Shown: one piece after another, positions 9,261 to 18,958 of the stretch | How the letters are laid out: every line of letters begins with the position of its first letter | How positions within the stretch are numbered: the first letter of the stretch is position 1 | Source: Planctomycetota bacterium | GTDB taxonomy: Bacteria > Planctomycetota > MHYJ01 > WSZJ01 | Assembly (NCBI GenBank): GCA_038060895.1 | Contig: JBBTCT010000017.1 | Coordinates: 1-64,000 of the forward strand | Reading direction: 5' to 3' | Length of the DNA: 64,000 nt | The notes under the pieces: model-generated | Databases searched by the model: none | What the model was told of the DNA's origin: nothing | The model's input: the letters and a program-made list of their open reading frames with translations, nothing else | Translations under genes and position numbers: made by a program

Positions 9261-10331
9261 TCAATGGCTCTTCGCCTCTTCTTCCGCTTCCTTCACGGCC
9301 TTTCTTTCAGCCGGATCGATCGCCAGCAACAAGCCCCCCGGCAACGTCCATAGCGCCTGCGACAGCCGCACGAGAAGGCTGAGGCCGACGGCGGTGGCGT
9401 CAGGCATGCCGACCTTGCGGAAGAAGCCGACGAAGGCCGCTTCCCCGACGCCCCACGTCCCGATGCTGATAGGCACCGAGGCAATCATCATGACGACCGG
9501 GAAGTAGATGAGGACGTCGACGAGGGAGACGGTTGAGCCGAGCGACCGTGCGAGGATGAACGCGCCGCCGATCGATGCGGCGTGTCCGAAAACGCTGAGG
9601 GCGAAGGCGCCGGAGAGAACGCCCCACTGGCCCCGGTAGGCGCGCCCGGCGTCGTCGAGCTCGATGAGGATTTCCCTGCCCGGGAGCCGGCGGCGAAGGC
9701 GGCGGACCCACTGGGCGGAGCGGAGGCGGCGGTTGAAGTAGACGAGGCAGAAGAGAGCGAACGAGGCGAGAAAACCCCAGACGATGGCGGCGGCGACGAG
9801 GAAGTCGCGGTTTCCGAGGCGGGCGAAGCAGGCGAGGCCGGCGATGAGGGCGAGGGTGACGAGGCCGACGAGCCGGTCCACAAACACGGTGAGAACCGCT
9901 GCGGCGCGCCGATCGGTGCCTCGGGCGATCAGGATCGCCTTCATGAGGTCGCCGCCGGTGAGGCCGATCAGGAAGTTGTTGAAGAAGAGCCCGAGGTAAT
10001 TGAAATGAAGCGTGCGCAGGAACCCGAGGCGGATCTCGACGGGGCGCAGGAGGAGTTGCCAGCGGAAGGTCGTGATGAAGATCGGCAGCAGTTCCGTGAC
10101 GAGGCCGAGGATCAGCAGGCCTCGGTCGGTCCGCCTGGCCAGGTCGCGGATTTCCTCGACCTTGATGAATTTATGGAAGACCCACCAGAGCAAGCCGACG
10201 CCCACGGCGAGGCGCACGAGCAGAAAAAGCCGCTTGCGCCACGAACTACGTTTCGGAGGCGCCGAATCTTTTTTTTCGGCCGGCGCGGCGTTCGCGCTTC
10301 CTGCGCCGGATGGCGCGTCTGCAGCGGTCAT
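9261..10331 (-). CDS. Lysylphosphatidylglycerol synthase TM / flippase-like (UPF0104) membrane protein
   Basis: FRWQLLL, GLFFNNFL..TGGDLMK, VDRLVGL, PISIGTWGVGEAAF; start moved to ATG 10331. Confidence 0.85.
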   Translation of the reverse strand: MTAADAPSGAGSANAAPAEKKDSAPPKRSSWRKRLFLLVRLAVGVGLLWWVFHKFIKVEEIRDLARRTDRGLLILGLVTELLPIFITTFRWQLLLRPVEIRLGFLRTLHFNYLGLFFNNFLIGLTGGDLMKAILIARGTDRRAAAVLTVFVDRLVGLVTLALIAGLACFARLGNRDFLVAAAIVWGFLASFALFCLVYFNRRLRSAQWVRRLRRRLPGREILIELDDAGRAYRGQWGVLSGAFALSVFGHAASIGGAFILARSLGSTVSLVDVLIYFPVVMMIASVPISIGTWGVGEAAFVGFFRKVGMPDATAVGLSLLVRLSQALWTLPGGLLLAIDPAERKAVKEAEEEAKSH

Positions 10332-10939
10332 TTCGGACGCGTCGAGGCCCAGGTCCTCCACGCTTCGGCGTCTCTTCCGAATTTCTGGCCGGTCAGCGCG
10401 CGCAGGGACTCCGCCGCGAGCTCCTGGACACCGAGGTCGCGGTCGTCGAAAGCGGCGAGAAGCGGGTCTACGGCGGAAGCATCGCTGAGTTTGCCCAGGG
10501 CGCGGGCTGCGGCGCGGCGGACGGAGGCCTCGGGGTCGGACTTCAGGTGGACGGCGATCGGCGACGAAGCGCCCGGGATCGCCAGATTGCCGCAAGCCGT
10601 GATGGCATTCACCCGGACGATCGGGCTGTCGTCCTCGACCGCCGCGATCAGGGCGTCGCCGTACGCAGCCCCGGCGGGCATTTCGCCCAGCTCCGCCGCC
10701 GCCAGCGCGCGCACCAATTCGTCTTCCTTTCGGTCCACGAGGATGGTCGCGAGCTGGGGCGCTTTGTCCGCTTCGCCCGCAAAGCCCTCGACTTCCCAGC
10801 GCCTCAGATCGGCGGCAGAAGGGTCGTTCTTCGCACATCCGGCGACGAGCAGGACCAGCGCCGCGAGCCCGTTACTTCCGGCTCTGCTGAAGCACCGCGT
10901 CCGCCACCGCCGCCGCCAGTCGCTTCCGGTATCCGCCAT
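10328..10939 (-). CDS. HEAT-repeat lipoprotein
   Basis: Lipobox LVAGC; repeated VRxxAAxALG; start uncertain. Confidence 0.7.
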   Translation of the reverse strand: MADTGSDWRRRWRTRCFSRAGSNGLAALVLLVAGCAKNDPSAADLRRWEVEGFAGEADKAPQLATILVDRKEDELVRALAAAELGEMPAGAAYGDALIAAVEDDSPIVRVNAITACGNLAIPGASSPIAVHLKSDPEASVRRAAARALGKLSDASAVDPLLAAFDDRDLGVQELAAESLRALTGQKFGRDAEAWRTWASTRPK

Positions 10940-11861
10940 CGCGAAGATTGCGCTCCCCTGTCGGATTCGAGACGAATTCCAGTTCCACCAGAACCGCGGG
11001 GCACGGTGCGTTCTTGATCACCATGAATCCCGCTTCTTTCACGCCGCGATCGGGGGTGTCGAAGCGGTCCGCGAAGGTCTTGCGGATCTGCTCCGCCAGC
11101 TTGCGTCCCGTCTCGCGTTCCGTCGCGCTTCCTTCGCAACCGGCGCGAGGATAGAACACTTCGAATCCCTGCGCACCTTTGTTTTCCGCCCAATTGGAGT
11201 GGATCGAAAGAAAAAGGTCGGGATCGTGCTTCTCGGTGAAGTCCACGCGCGCCTTCAGGTCGTCGCGGACCTCTGGCGCCAGGTGGCGGTCGGTCTCGCG
11301 TGTCATCGTCACCTTGATCCCCGCTTCCCGCAGGATGTCCCGGATTTCCATCGCCACGTCGAGCACGATGTCCTTTTCCATGGTCCCCTTGGCGCCCTTG
11401 CCGCCCGTGTGCACGCCGCCGTGGCCGGGGTCGATGACGACCTCGCGGAACTTGCCGGGCTTCTTCGCGACGGCGGCCGGCGCCTGCTTCACGATCGGCG
11501 CCTTTTTGACCGCGGGCGACGGGGCTGGCGGGGGGTCCGGCTCGTACCGCGGCGCCGGGCGGGGTTCTTCGCTTTCGCGCATGCAGCCGGCGAGTTTCGA
11601 AGCGTCTTCCTGGCTCATGACGGTGCGTCCGTTTTCGACGCGGACTTCTTCGGAGAGCGCGATCACGCGGCCGTCCACCACGGCGATCGACATTCCTGGA
11701 GCGAGGACGACGGTCGAGGCGCCTTTGAGCAGGTCGCGTCCCGAAGCGGCGTCGCGCGAGGCGATGAGGCCGTGCCGGCGCGCGAAATCGGCGACGGTGA
11801 CGGGCTCGGCGAAGGCGGGCGAGGCGAGGACGAGGGCGATGGCGATGGCGAGAATGCGCAT
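10872..11861 (-). CDS. N-acetylmuramoyl-L-alanine amidase (Amidase_3)
   Basis: Signal peptide; VIDPGHGG, EKDIVL, FLSIHSN, PAVLVELEFVSN. Confidence 0.93.
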   Translation of the reverse strand: MRILAIAIALVLASPAFAEPVTVADFARRHGLIASRDAASGRDLLKGASTVVLAPGMSIAVVDGRVIALSEEVRVENGRTVMSQEDASKLAGCMRESEEPRPAPRYEPDPPPAPSPAVKKAPIVKQAPAAVAKKPGKFREVVIDPGHGGVHTGGKGAKGTMEKDIVLDVAMEIRDILREAGIKVTMTRETDRHLAPEVRDDLKARVDFTEKHDPDLFLSIHSNWAENKGAQGFEVFYPRAGCEGSATERETGRKLAEQIRKTFADRFDTPDRGVKEAGFMVIKNAPCPAVLVELEFVSNPTGERNLRDGGYRKRLAAAVADAVLQQSRK

Positions 11862-11953
11862 GGAAACCCCTCTGCGGAGTGGGAGAACGCTTCCGTCAAT
11901 ATCGGCTGAAATGGGAGGAAGCTGTAGCAGGCCTGGGTTTGACAAAAAGGCGT

Positions 11954-12047
11954 GGACGCTGAAACGCGCTGAAAATGCAGGAAAGGCGCTGAAAAACGGC
12001 GCTGTTTGACAGCGCCTTTCCTGCACTTTCAGCGCGTTTCAGCGTCC
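11954..12047. repeat. Long intergenic inverted repeat
   Basis: 38-nt arms 11954-11991 and 12010-12047, 37/38 complementary; internal CGCTGAAA repeats. Confidence 0.9.
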
Positions 12048-12088
12048 GGCCTTTGTACTTTTTTCCCCATCCGCATTAGCCTCTCTTC

Positions 12089-12958
12089 ATGCCCGACCGC
12101 GAATTCGACCTGATTGCCTGGATCCGCCGCTCCGCCCGGCGCGGCCGCGGCGTCCTGAACGGCATCGGCGACGATTGCGCGGTGCTTGACGCCAGGGGCG
12201 GGAAGCTCCTCGCGACGACGGACGTCATCGTTTCCGGCGTCGATTTCGTCCCGAGCGAAAACCCGGCGCTCATCGGTCGCAAGGCCGCCAACGTCAATTT
12301 CTCCGACATTGCCGCGATGGGCGGGCGCCCCGCTTTCCTTCTCTCAACGCTGATGCTTCCTCCGGGCCTTCCGCCTGGCTGGGCGAAAAAGGTCACGCGC
12401 GGCATCCTCGACGCGTGCCGGGCCGCTGGCGTTTCGCTCGTCGGAGGCGATCTCTCCGCCACGGGCGGCTCCGCGTCGGTCGGCGGCACCGCGCTCGGCG
12501 TCGCGAAAAAGCCGGTCCTCCGGTCCGGCGCGCGCCCCGGCAACGCGATCGGACTCACCGGCGCTTGCGGCGGCTCCATCCTCGGCCGCCATCTCCGCTT
12601 CAGCCCGCGCATCGCCGAAGGACTCCGACTCGCACCCATCGCCACCGCCATGGTCGACGTCAGCGACGGCCTCACCGCCGACCTCGACCACATCCTCGAC
12701 CAGAGCGGCGTCGGCGCCGATCTCGTGGCGGAAGCGATCCCGATCCACCGCGACGCATTCCGGCTCGCACAAAAAAGCGGACGCACGCCGCTCGACCACG
12801 CCCTGTCCGACGGGGAAGATTTCGAACTCCTCTTCACCTGCCCCGAACAGCGCTTCCCGAAATGGGCTCACCGGATCGGCACGATTTCGCGGAAGCGCGG
12901 GCTACGCCTCGACGGGCGCGCGATCAAGCCGCGCGGCTACGAGCACGTGCTCGGATGA
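12089..12958 (+). CDS. thiL: Thiamine-monophosphate kinase
   Basis: EFDLI, GIGDDCAV, NFSDIAAMGG, GGD, DVSDGL, GEDFELLFT, GYEH. Confidence 0.93.
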   Translation: MPDREFDLIAWIRRSARRGRGVLNGIGDDCAVLDARGGKLLATTDVIVSGVDFVPSENPALIGRKAANVNFSDIAAMGGRPAFLLSTLMLPPGLPPGWAKKVTRGILDACRAAGVSLVGGDLSATGGSASVGGTALGVAKKPVLRSGARPGNAIGLTGACGGSILGRHLRFSPRIAEGLRLAPIATAMVDVSDGLTADLDHILDQSGVGADLVAEAIPIHRDAFRLAQKSGRTPLDHALSDGEDFELLFTCPEQRFPKWAHRIGTISRKRGLRLDGRAIKPRGYEHVLG

Positions 12959-13368
12959 AGCGGTTGACAAAAAGCGCGGACGAAACGCGCGCGTTCGCGG
13001 CGGAGCTGGCGCGCACGCTCGAGCCGGGAACGATCCTGCTGCTCGTCGGTGATTTCGGAAGTGGCAAGACGACGTTCGTGCAGGGGCTGGCGGAGGGACT
13101 GAATTTGCCAGACTTGCGCGTCGTGTGCTCGCCGACGTTTGTGATGATGAACGTGTATGTGGGCGGGCGGCTGCCGCTCTATCACATGGACGCGACACGA
13201 TTCGCAGATCCGCGCGAAGTGTTTGAGCTGGGGTGGGAGGCGGAGGCGGAGAAGGGAGTCACTGCGATCGAGTGGGGAGAGAAGATCGCCGGGGTGCTGC
13301 CCCGGAAGGTGAAATGGATCGAGCTGGGAGTGAAGTCCGAGGACGAGCGGGAGATCCGAGTGCCTTGA
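12955..13368 (+). CDS. tsaE: tRNA threonylcarbamoyladenosine biosynthesis ATPase
   Basis: GDFGSGKTTFVQG, SPTF, HMD, IEW; ATG overlaps the thiL stop. Confidence 0.92.
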   Translation: MKRLTKSADETRAFAAELARTLEPGTILLLVGDFGSGKTTFVQGLAEGLNLPDLRVVCSPTFVMMNVYVGGRLPLYHMDATRFADPREVFELGWEAEAEKGVTAIEWGEKIAGVLPRKVKWIELGVKSEDEREIRVP

Positions 13369-13384
13369 CGTGGCGAGAGTCGCG

Positions 13385-13720
13385 CTACGATTCCTCGCGG
13401 TTCCGAGTGAATGTGAAGAATGAAAATCCGAAACCGACCATGACGATGGCGCAGCCGGCGAGGATTTCCACCGGGGGCGTCGAAGCAGGAGCGCTGAGTA
13501 TCGCGACAGCCAGAATCAATCCGCCGGCAATTCGGGCGGTCGGAACCGCGGAGCTGAACGCTCGCGGCTTTCGCCGGCGGCAGGCCTCGCGGATGATTCG
13601 GGTGACCTCCTGAGCCGGGATGCCACTTCGACGAAGGTCATTCTCAAGAGCGAGTGGTGTTTCCGACTTGCTCAGCTCTTCCAAGGCCCATTTGAGAAGC
13701 GAGTTGTAGTCACGTGGCAT
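13385..13720 (-). CDS. Hypothetical membrane protein in a lower-GC patch
   Basis: Two C-terminal hydrophobic segments; start uncertain (13720 or 13843). Confidence 0.5.
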   Translation of the reverse strand: MPRDYNSLLKWALEELSKSETPLALENDLRRSGIPAQEVTRIIREACRRRKPRAFSSAVPTARIAGGLILAVAILSAPASTPPVEILAGCAIVMVGFGFSFFTFTRNREES

Positions 13721-14128
13721 GCTATTGGGGATCACGGACTGGAGCTTATCAAACACGGATTTGAGGTGAGTTCCCCCGAATTGAGGTTGAGGCGAAGCGG
13801 GACAGGGTCGATCGAGAGCTTGGAATTCGATTTGTTGACGCAACCACTACGCATTCAATAGCTTATGGCAATACTAAGACCTCTCACCCCCGGGCCCGCC
13901 CCTTGCTAACCACTCCCATGCCACTCACCACTTCCCCCTCAAAGGGCTCCGGCACCCACCCCCATGGGGCATATCGCCACAGTCCGCCCCACTTTTTTCC
14001 GAAATCGGCCGAACCAGGCCGCGGCCTCCCCGTTTCCATGTCCGCCGGGGTCCCGTACCCCGGTCGCTCTTCCAACTTTGGGTATCGCGGTCGGGCTTGC
14101 CCGGCTGGCTGGACGGAGAGGCGTCGCG

Positions 14129-14716
14129 ATGAGTGAACCGGGCGACGCGGATCTGATGCTCAGCGTGAAGGGCGGGGACGTCCGCTCTTTTGAAATCCTG
14201 GTAGGAAGGCATCAGCGCCCCCTGATCAACTATTTCTTCCGCATGACGTGGGACCGGCAGGCCGCGGAGGACATGGCGCAGGAGGTGTTCATGAGGATCT
14301 ACAACCACGCGAAGGACTACGAGCCGCAGGCGAAGTTCACGACGTACATGTACCGGGTCGCGCGCAACTTATGGATCGATCGGATCCGGCACGAAGGGCA
14401 CAAGCCGAGAACGGTGAGCCTGGACGCGCCGGTGGATTCGGAGGGAGACACGTTTCACGACGTCGTGAGCAACGACTCCCCCGCGCCGGACGCACGGATG
14501 GACAAGGAAGAACGGGCCGTGATCGTCAGGAGAGCGATCGAAGAATTGCCCGAGGAACAGCAGCAGGTTCTGCTCCTCGCGGAATCGAAGGGAATGAAGT
14601 ACCAGGAGGTGGCGGAAGTGCTGGGAATTCCGCTCGGGACCGTGAAAAGCCGGATGCACGCGGCGATGCAGAAACTGAAAGACCTGTTGTCCGGAAAACT
14701 GGAGAACCTGCAATGA
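14129..14716 (+). CDS. ECF-type RNA polymerase sigma factor
   Basis: AAEDMAQEVF, FTTYMYRVARN, YQEVAEVLGIPLGTVKSRMH. Confidence 0.93.
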   Translation: MSEPGDADLMLSVKGGDVRSFEILVGRHQRPLINYFFRMTWDRQAAEDMAQEVFMRIYNHAKDYEPQAKFTTYMYRVARNLWIDRIRHEGHKPRTVSLDAPVDSEGDTFHDVVSNDSPAPDARMDKEERAVIVRRAIEELPEEQQQVLLLAESKGMKYQEVAEVLGIPLGTVKSRMHAAMQKLKDLLSGKLENLQ

Positions 14717-16137
14717 CGCACGTCGACGACCTGGTCGCTTTCGTTCGCGGAGAACTCGGCGATGCCGAGCTCGCGAGCGCGCGCGAGCACGTCGCCGCGT
14801 GCAAAGAGTGCGCGGACGAAGTCAAGACGCTGGGAGCGGTTTTCGGCCTCGTTCGGGCGACGGAGATCGAAGCGCCGACCAATTTCGCGCACGTGACGGC
14901 GAGGCTGGCCGCGCGCACGGTTGCACCGGTGAAGCGCAAGGGCTGGGACAGCGTCGCCTGGATCGTCACGCGTCCGATCTTCGGCTATCCCGCCTGGGCC
15001 GTTTCCGCCGCGGTGCACCTGTTCGCCCTCGGCACTCTGACGCTGGTTGCGGTCGAACGGTCCAAGAAGAGTCCCGACAGCGGCGAGAAGCTGACCGTGA
15101 TCGATCGTCAACCGAACCAGTTTGCGCAGCCGATCGGTCCTTCCAGGACGCCGGAAATCAAGGCGCCCACGGGCGAGTTCGCGTTGTTCCTCGGAAAGCG
15201 CGGCGACGCCGCAACGCGAGCCGAATTGCTCAAGAAGAATGGCGGCGCCGGGACAGCCGCCGCCGTCGAGAACGCTCTGGGATGGCTCGCCTCGCAGCAG
15301 GAGAAAGACGGCTCGTGGGCCTCAGAGGGCGGACAGCCCGCCTACCGGACCGCGGCGACCGGGCTTGCGGCGCTCGCGTTCCTCGGGTACGGCGATTCGC
15401 ACCTGAACGGCGAGCACGCAAAGAACGTCGGCGCGGCCCTCGCATGGCTGCGCACCCAGCAGGGCATGACAGGCCGCATCGGCCCCGACCAGGGCGCCGT
15501 GCTCCCGCAGCATTCGATCGCGACGGCCGCGCTCGCCGAAGCCTTCCTCATGACGGGTGACGCGTCGCTTCACGAACCGCTTTCCAGCGCGGTGAGCTAC
15601 CTCGCCGGATCGAAGTCGCCGCGAGGCGGCTGGGGCACTTCGCTGGGCTCGGAACCCGACTCCGTGACGACGTCCTGGGCCATGACAGCGCTCCGCCTCG
15701 CCGACGCTGCCGGAATCGAAGCGGCGCGCGCGCCGCTGGCTTCCGCGGCCGCCTACCTCGAGACTCTCACCTCGACCGATGGCGTCACCGCCCTCCGCGA
15801 CCCGGGCGTCTATCCGAACGGTTCCGCGACACCGACGGCCGCCGCGCTCTTCGCGCGACGCCTTACCGGGCTCGACTCCGCCGAAGTCGCGCGCCGGTCC
15901 GCAGCGGTCGCTGCCCCGGATGGTTCCGACTACACCGCCGCCCAGTTCGCAGCGCTCGCTTCGCTCGGCACACCCGCCTGGGATGCCTCAAACGCCGCCC
16001 TCAAGGCCACACTCCTCCCCCGCCAGAACGCCGACGGCTCATTCAAGGCCGACAAGTGGTCCGGCTACGGCGGCTCGGTCGCCGCCACGGCCATGGCGAC
16101 CCTGGCGCTCGAGACCTACTACCGCTACCCGGCGTAG
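14713..16137 (+). CDS. zf-HC2 anti-sigma factor with C-terminal prenyltransferase/terpene-cyclase-like barrel
   Basis: HVAACKEC, TM segment, QW-like motifs QQEKDGSW and RQNADGSF; ATG overlaps the sigma stop. Confidence 0.8.
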   Translation: MTHVDDLVAFVRGELGDAELASAREHVAACKECADEVKTLGAVFGLVRATEIEAPTNFAHVTARLAARTVAPVKRKGWDSVAWIVTRPIFGYPAWAVSAAVHLFALGTLTLVAVERSKKSPDSGEKLTVIDRQPNQFAQPIGPSRTPEIKAPTGEFALFLGKRGDAATRAELLKKNGGAGTAAAVENALGWLASQQEKDGSWASEGGQPAYRTAATGLAALAFLGYGDSHLNGEHAKNVGAALAWLRTQQGMTGRIGPDQGAVLPQHSIATAALAEAFLMTGDASLHEPLSSAVSYLAGSKSPRGGWGTSLGSEPDSVTTSWAMTALRLADAAGIEAARAPLASAAAYLETLTSTDGVTALRDPGVYPNGSATPTAAALFARRLTGLDSAEVARRSAAVAAPDGSDYTAAQFAALASLGTPAWDASNAALKATLLPRQNADGSFKADKWSGYGGSVAATAMATLALETYYRYPA

Positions 16138-16276
16138 AGGTTCTAAGCCTCCGCCAGCCTCCGCAGCCTCCCCAGGGCGCATTCTCAAAGTTTTCCTTCT
16201 CTCATCCCTCCGCAACTCCCAAAATGCCCCCCCGATTCCCCTCCCCCGCTGAAACCTCTTCGCAGGATTCGCTCTC

Positions 16277-17398
16277 ATGACCGCCCCCTCCAAAGGCCTT
16301 GAAGGCATCGTCGCCGGCTCTTCACAGATCTGTTACATCGACGGCGACGCGGGCGTTCTGCGCTACTACGGATACCCCATCCAGGAACTGGCGGAGCATT
16401 CGAACTTCGAGGAAACGGTCTACCTGCTCTGGCACGGAAAGCTGCCGAAGAAGAACGAGCTGGAGGGATTCCGCGGGGAAGTCGCGAACGCGGGCGGCAT
16501 TCCGGAGCCGATCGTGCGGCTGATCCTGTCGTTCCCGAAGGACGCCAACACGATGTCGTGCCTGCGGACGGCGGTTTCGGCGCTGTCGCTGTACGACCGG
16601 CAGAGCGAAGACATGTCGGACGCCGCGAACCGGCGCAAGGCGGTGCGGATCCAGCACCAGATCAACGCGATCGTTCCTGCGATCGACCGGGCGCGCAAAG
16701 GGCTGCCGATCCTGCAGCCGCGGACGGACCTGTCCCTGGCAGAGAATTTCCTCTACATGCTGCGCGGCGAGACGCCGAAAGCGGACGAAGCGCGCGCCAT
16801 GGACATGTGCTTCATCCTCCACGCCGATCACGAGCTCAACGCCTCGACCTTTGCCTGCCGCGTCATCGGCGCAACGCTGTCCGACATGCACGGCGCGGTG
16901 ACGGGCGCCATCGCAGCGCTCAAGGGACCGCTTCACGGCGGCGCAAACACCGACGTCATGAAGATGCTGCTCAGCGTGGGCGACGTGTCGAACGCTGAAG
17001 CCTGGATCAAGGACGCTCTCGCGAAGAAACAACGCATCATGGGATTCGGCCACCGCGTGTACAAGACGCTCGACCCGCGGGCGGGCGTGCTGAAAAAGAT
17101 GAGCGAGAAGCTGTGCAAGTCGACGGGAGTGACGAAGTGGTTCGACATCTCGAGCAGGATCCAGGAGTTCGTGAAGAAAGAGAAGGAGCTGAACGCGAAC
17201 GTGGACTTCTACAGCGCGAGCGTCTACTACTCCCTCGGGATCCCGCTCGACGTCAACACCCCGATTTTCGCGATCAGCCGCACCTCGGGCTGGCTGGCCC
17301 ACCTGCTGGAACAATACGCCGACAACCGGCTGATCAGGCCCCGCGCCGAGTACGTCGGGCCTCCTGAGCGGCACTGGGAACCCTTTGAGAAACGGTAG
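16277..17398 (+). CDS. Citrate synthase (or 2-methylcitrate synthase)
   Basis: HADHELNAST, GPLHGGAN, GFGHRVYK, NVDFYS. Confidence 0.93.
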   Translation: MTAPSKGLEGIVAGSSQICYIDGDAGVLRYYGYPIQELAEHSNFEETVYLLWHGKLPKKNELEGFRGEVANAGGIPEPIVRLILSFPKDANTMSCLRTAVSALSLYDRQSEDMSDAANRRKAVRIQHQINAIVPAIDRARKGLPILQPRTDLSLAENFLYMLRGETPKADEARAMDMCFILHADHELNASTFACRVIGATLSDMHGAVTGAIAALKGPLHGGANTDVMKMLLSVGDVSNAEAWIKDALAKKQRIMGFGHRVYKTLDPRAGVLKKMSEKLCKSTGVTKWFDISSRIQEFVKKEKELNANVDFYSASVYYSLGIPLDVNTPIFAISRTSGWLAHLLEQYADNRLIRPRAEYVGPPERHWEPFEKR

Positions 17399-17511
17399 CA
17401 TTCAACCTCGGCCCGGCGAATGATCCGCCGTGCGCCGGTTTCGATCGTTAAAGGACCAGGGGCGCGGGGGGTGGTCGTACCGCGCGATCTGCGCAGGAAG
17501 GTCTTGGAGAA

Positions 17512-17907
17512 GTGACAAACACCATGACGGGACCGGGAGCGGAACGAATCGTCCATTCCGGCCCGCACCGGGTTCGCCGGACCTGGAGACAGCTGGTCGC
17601 GTTCGTCGCCGCGGCACTCCTGGCGTTTCCGCTGTCTTCCGCGGCCGAAATGGTTCAGACACCCAATTCGGACCCCAGACAGCTTGAAAGTGCCCTGCGG
17701 GAAGCGCTTCCGGGCCAGGCAGCCCGGGCAGCGCTGGTGGTCGGGCCGGACGGGCCCCACGCGGCGGCGATCAACTCGTTGCTCCTGCAGGCAATCATTT
17801 ACGGAAGCATCGTCGCCATCGTGATGCTGGTCGGGATCATCTCGATCATCGGGTACGGCATTTCCAAGAAAAAGAAGGAAGAAAAACCGCTGTCGCTGAC
17901 CCGGTAG
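17512..17907 (+). CDS. Small membrane protein
   Basis: Signal-like N-terminal segment, C-terminal TM helix and Lys-rich tail. Confidence 0.55.
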   Translation: MTNTMTGPGAERIVHSGPHRVRRTWRQLVAFVAAALLAFPLSSAAEMVQTPNSDPRQLESALREALPGQAARAALVVGPDGPHAAAINSLLLQAIIYGSIVAIVMLVGIISIIGYGISKKKKEEKPLSLTR

Positions 17908-17962
17908 TCGCGCGAATCTCGAGCAGGACCGGAGCACCTGGACTTATAATCAACCGAACCGC

Positions 17963-18958
17963 ATGCGACTCCGACACTGTGCCTCTCTGCTCCTGCTCGC
18001 AGCGCTCCTCGCGCCCCATGCCTCCGCGGATACCGTCGTCATGAAGGACGGCCGGCGGCTGGAAGGGACCATCGTTGAAGAAGACGCCGACACGTATTCG
18101 TTCAAGATCCGGTCCGGCGTCGTGAAACTGAAGAAGGAAGAAGTCGAGAGCGTTATCCGCGGCGGGCCGGTTGAAACACCGAAGGAGGAGTCGGACGCCT
18201 CGCTGCGCAGGGACCGGGTCGCCGCGATCGGAAACTCGAAGATCGATCCGCTTCGAGCGGAGGCCGGCAAGGCCCTCGACGGCGTGACGGAAAAACGAAA
18301 AGCGCTGGCGGCCGCGGCCAGGAAGATCGACTCCCAGACGCGAGCGTACGAATCGCAGTTGCGCAAGGTGCAGGCCTCAGAGACGGAGCTGCGCAAAGCG
18401 AAGGAACGCCTGACGGACGCGGAGGCGAAACTGAAGTCGGCCGAAGACCGGCTGAAGACGGCGAAGGACCAGACGGGGCGCGAGCCCGGGCCCCTCAAGC
18501 AGGAAGTGCAGGACGCCGCGGCGAAGGTCGAGTCGATCAAGGCGACCTCCGCGATCGCACTGCGCGCCATGGAAGGCGAAAAGAAAAAACTCGACGACGA
18601 AACCGACCGCTTCCAGATGGCCTCCGAAACGCTTCGACCCGCGGTCGCAGCGCTGTCTGCGGCGTACGAATCGCTCGACGCCGCGTGGGCGGCGCTGGCA
18701 GGCGAGGAGAAGCGGCAGGCCGCCGAAGCCCCGTGGTGGCCGGCGCCGGCAGAGGCCGTGCGAGTGAGGCTCGAAGGGCGCGTTGTTTCGTGTGAAAAGG
18801 GTTCCCTGGTGATGAAGGTCGGCGCCGATTCCGATCCGGGCCAGTGGAGCGAAGAGGTGACGGTTTCCGCGCCAGGATTTGACGCGCCGAAAGGAAAGAC
18901 TCTTCTGATCACCGCACGCCGCGACACGGCGGGCTGGATCCTCGAGGAGGCCCGCTGA
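17963..18958 (+). CDS. Secreted coiled-coil protein
   Basis: Signal peptide, DTVVMKDGRRLEGTIVEE beta-domain, long heptad-rich region. Confidence 0.7.
   Translation: MRLRHCASLLLLAALLAPHASADTVVMKDGRRLEGTIVEEDADTYSFKIRSGVVKLKKEEVESVIRGGPVETPKEESDASLRRDRVAAIGNSKIDPLRAEAGKALDGVTEKRKALAAAARKIDSQTRAYESQLRKVQASETELRKAKERLTDAEAKLKSAEDRLKTAKDQTGREPGPLKQEVQDAAAKVESIKATSAIALRAMEGEKKKLDDETDRFQMASETLRPAVAALSAAYESLDAAWAALAGEEKRQAAEAPWWPAPAEAVRVRLEGRVVSCEKGSLVMKVGADSDPGQWSEEVTVSAPGFDAPKGKTLLITARRDTAGWILEEAR

Noticed and set aside
13385-13883. Lower-GC patch as a mobile element
   Set aside because: No transposase, integrase or terminal repeats; only one small membrane ORF
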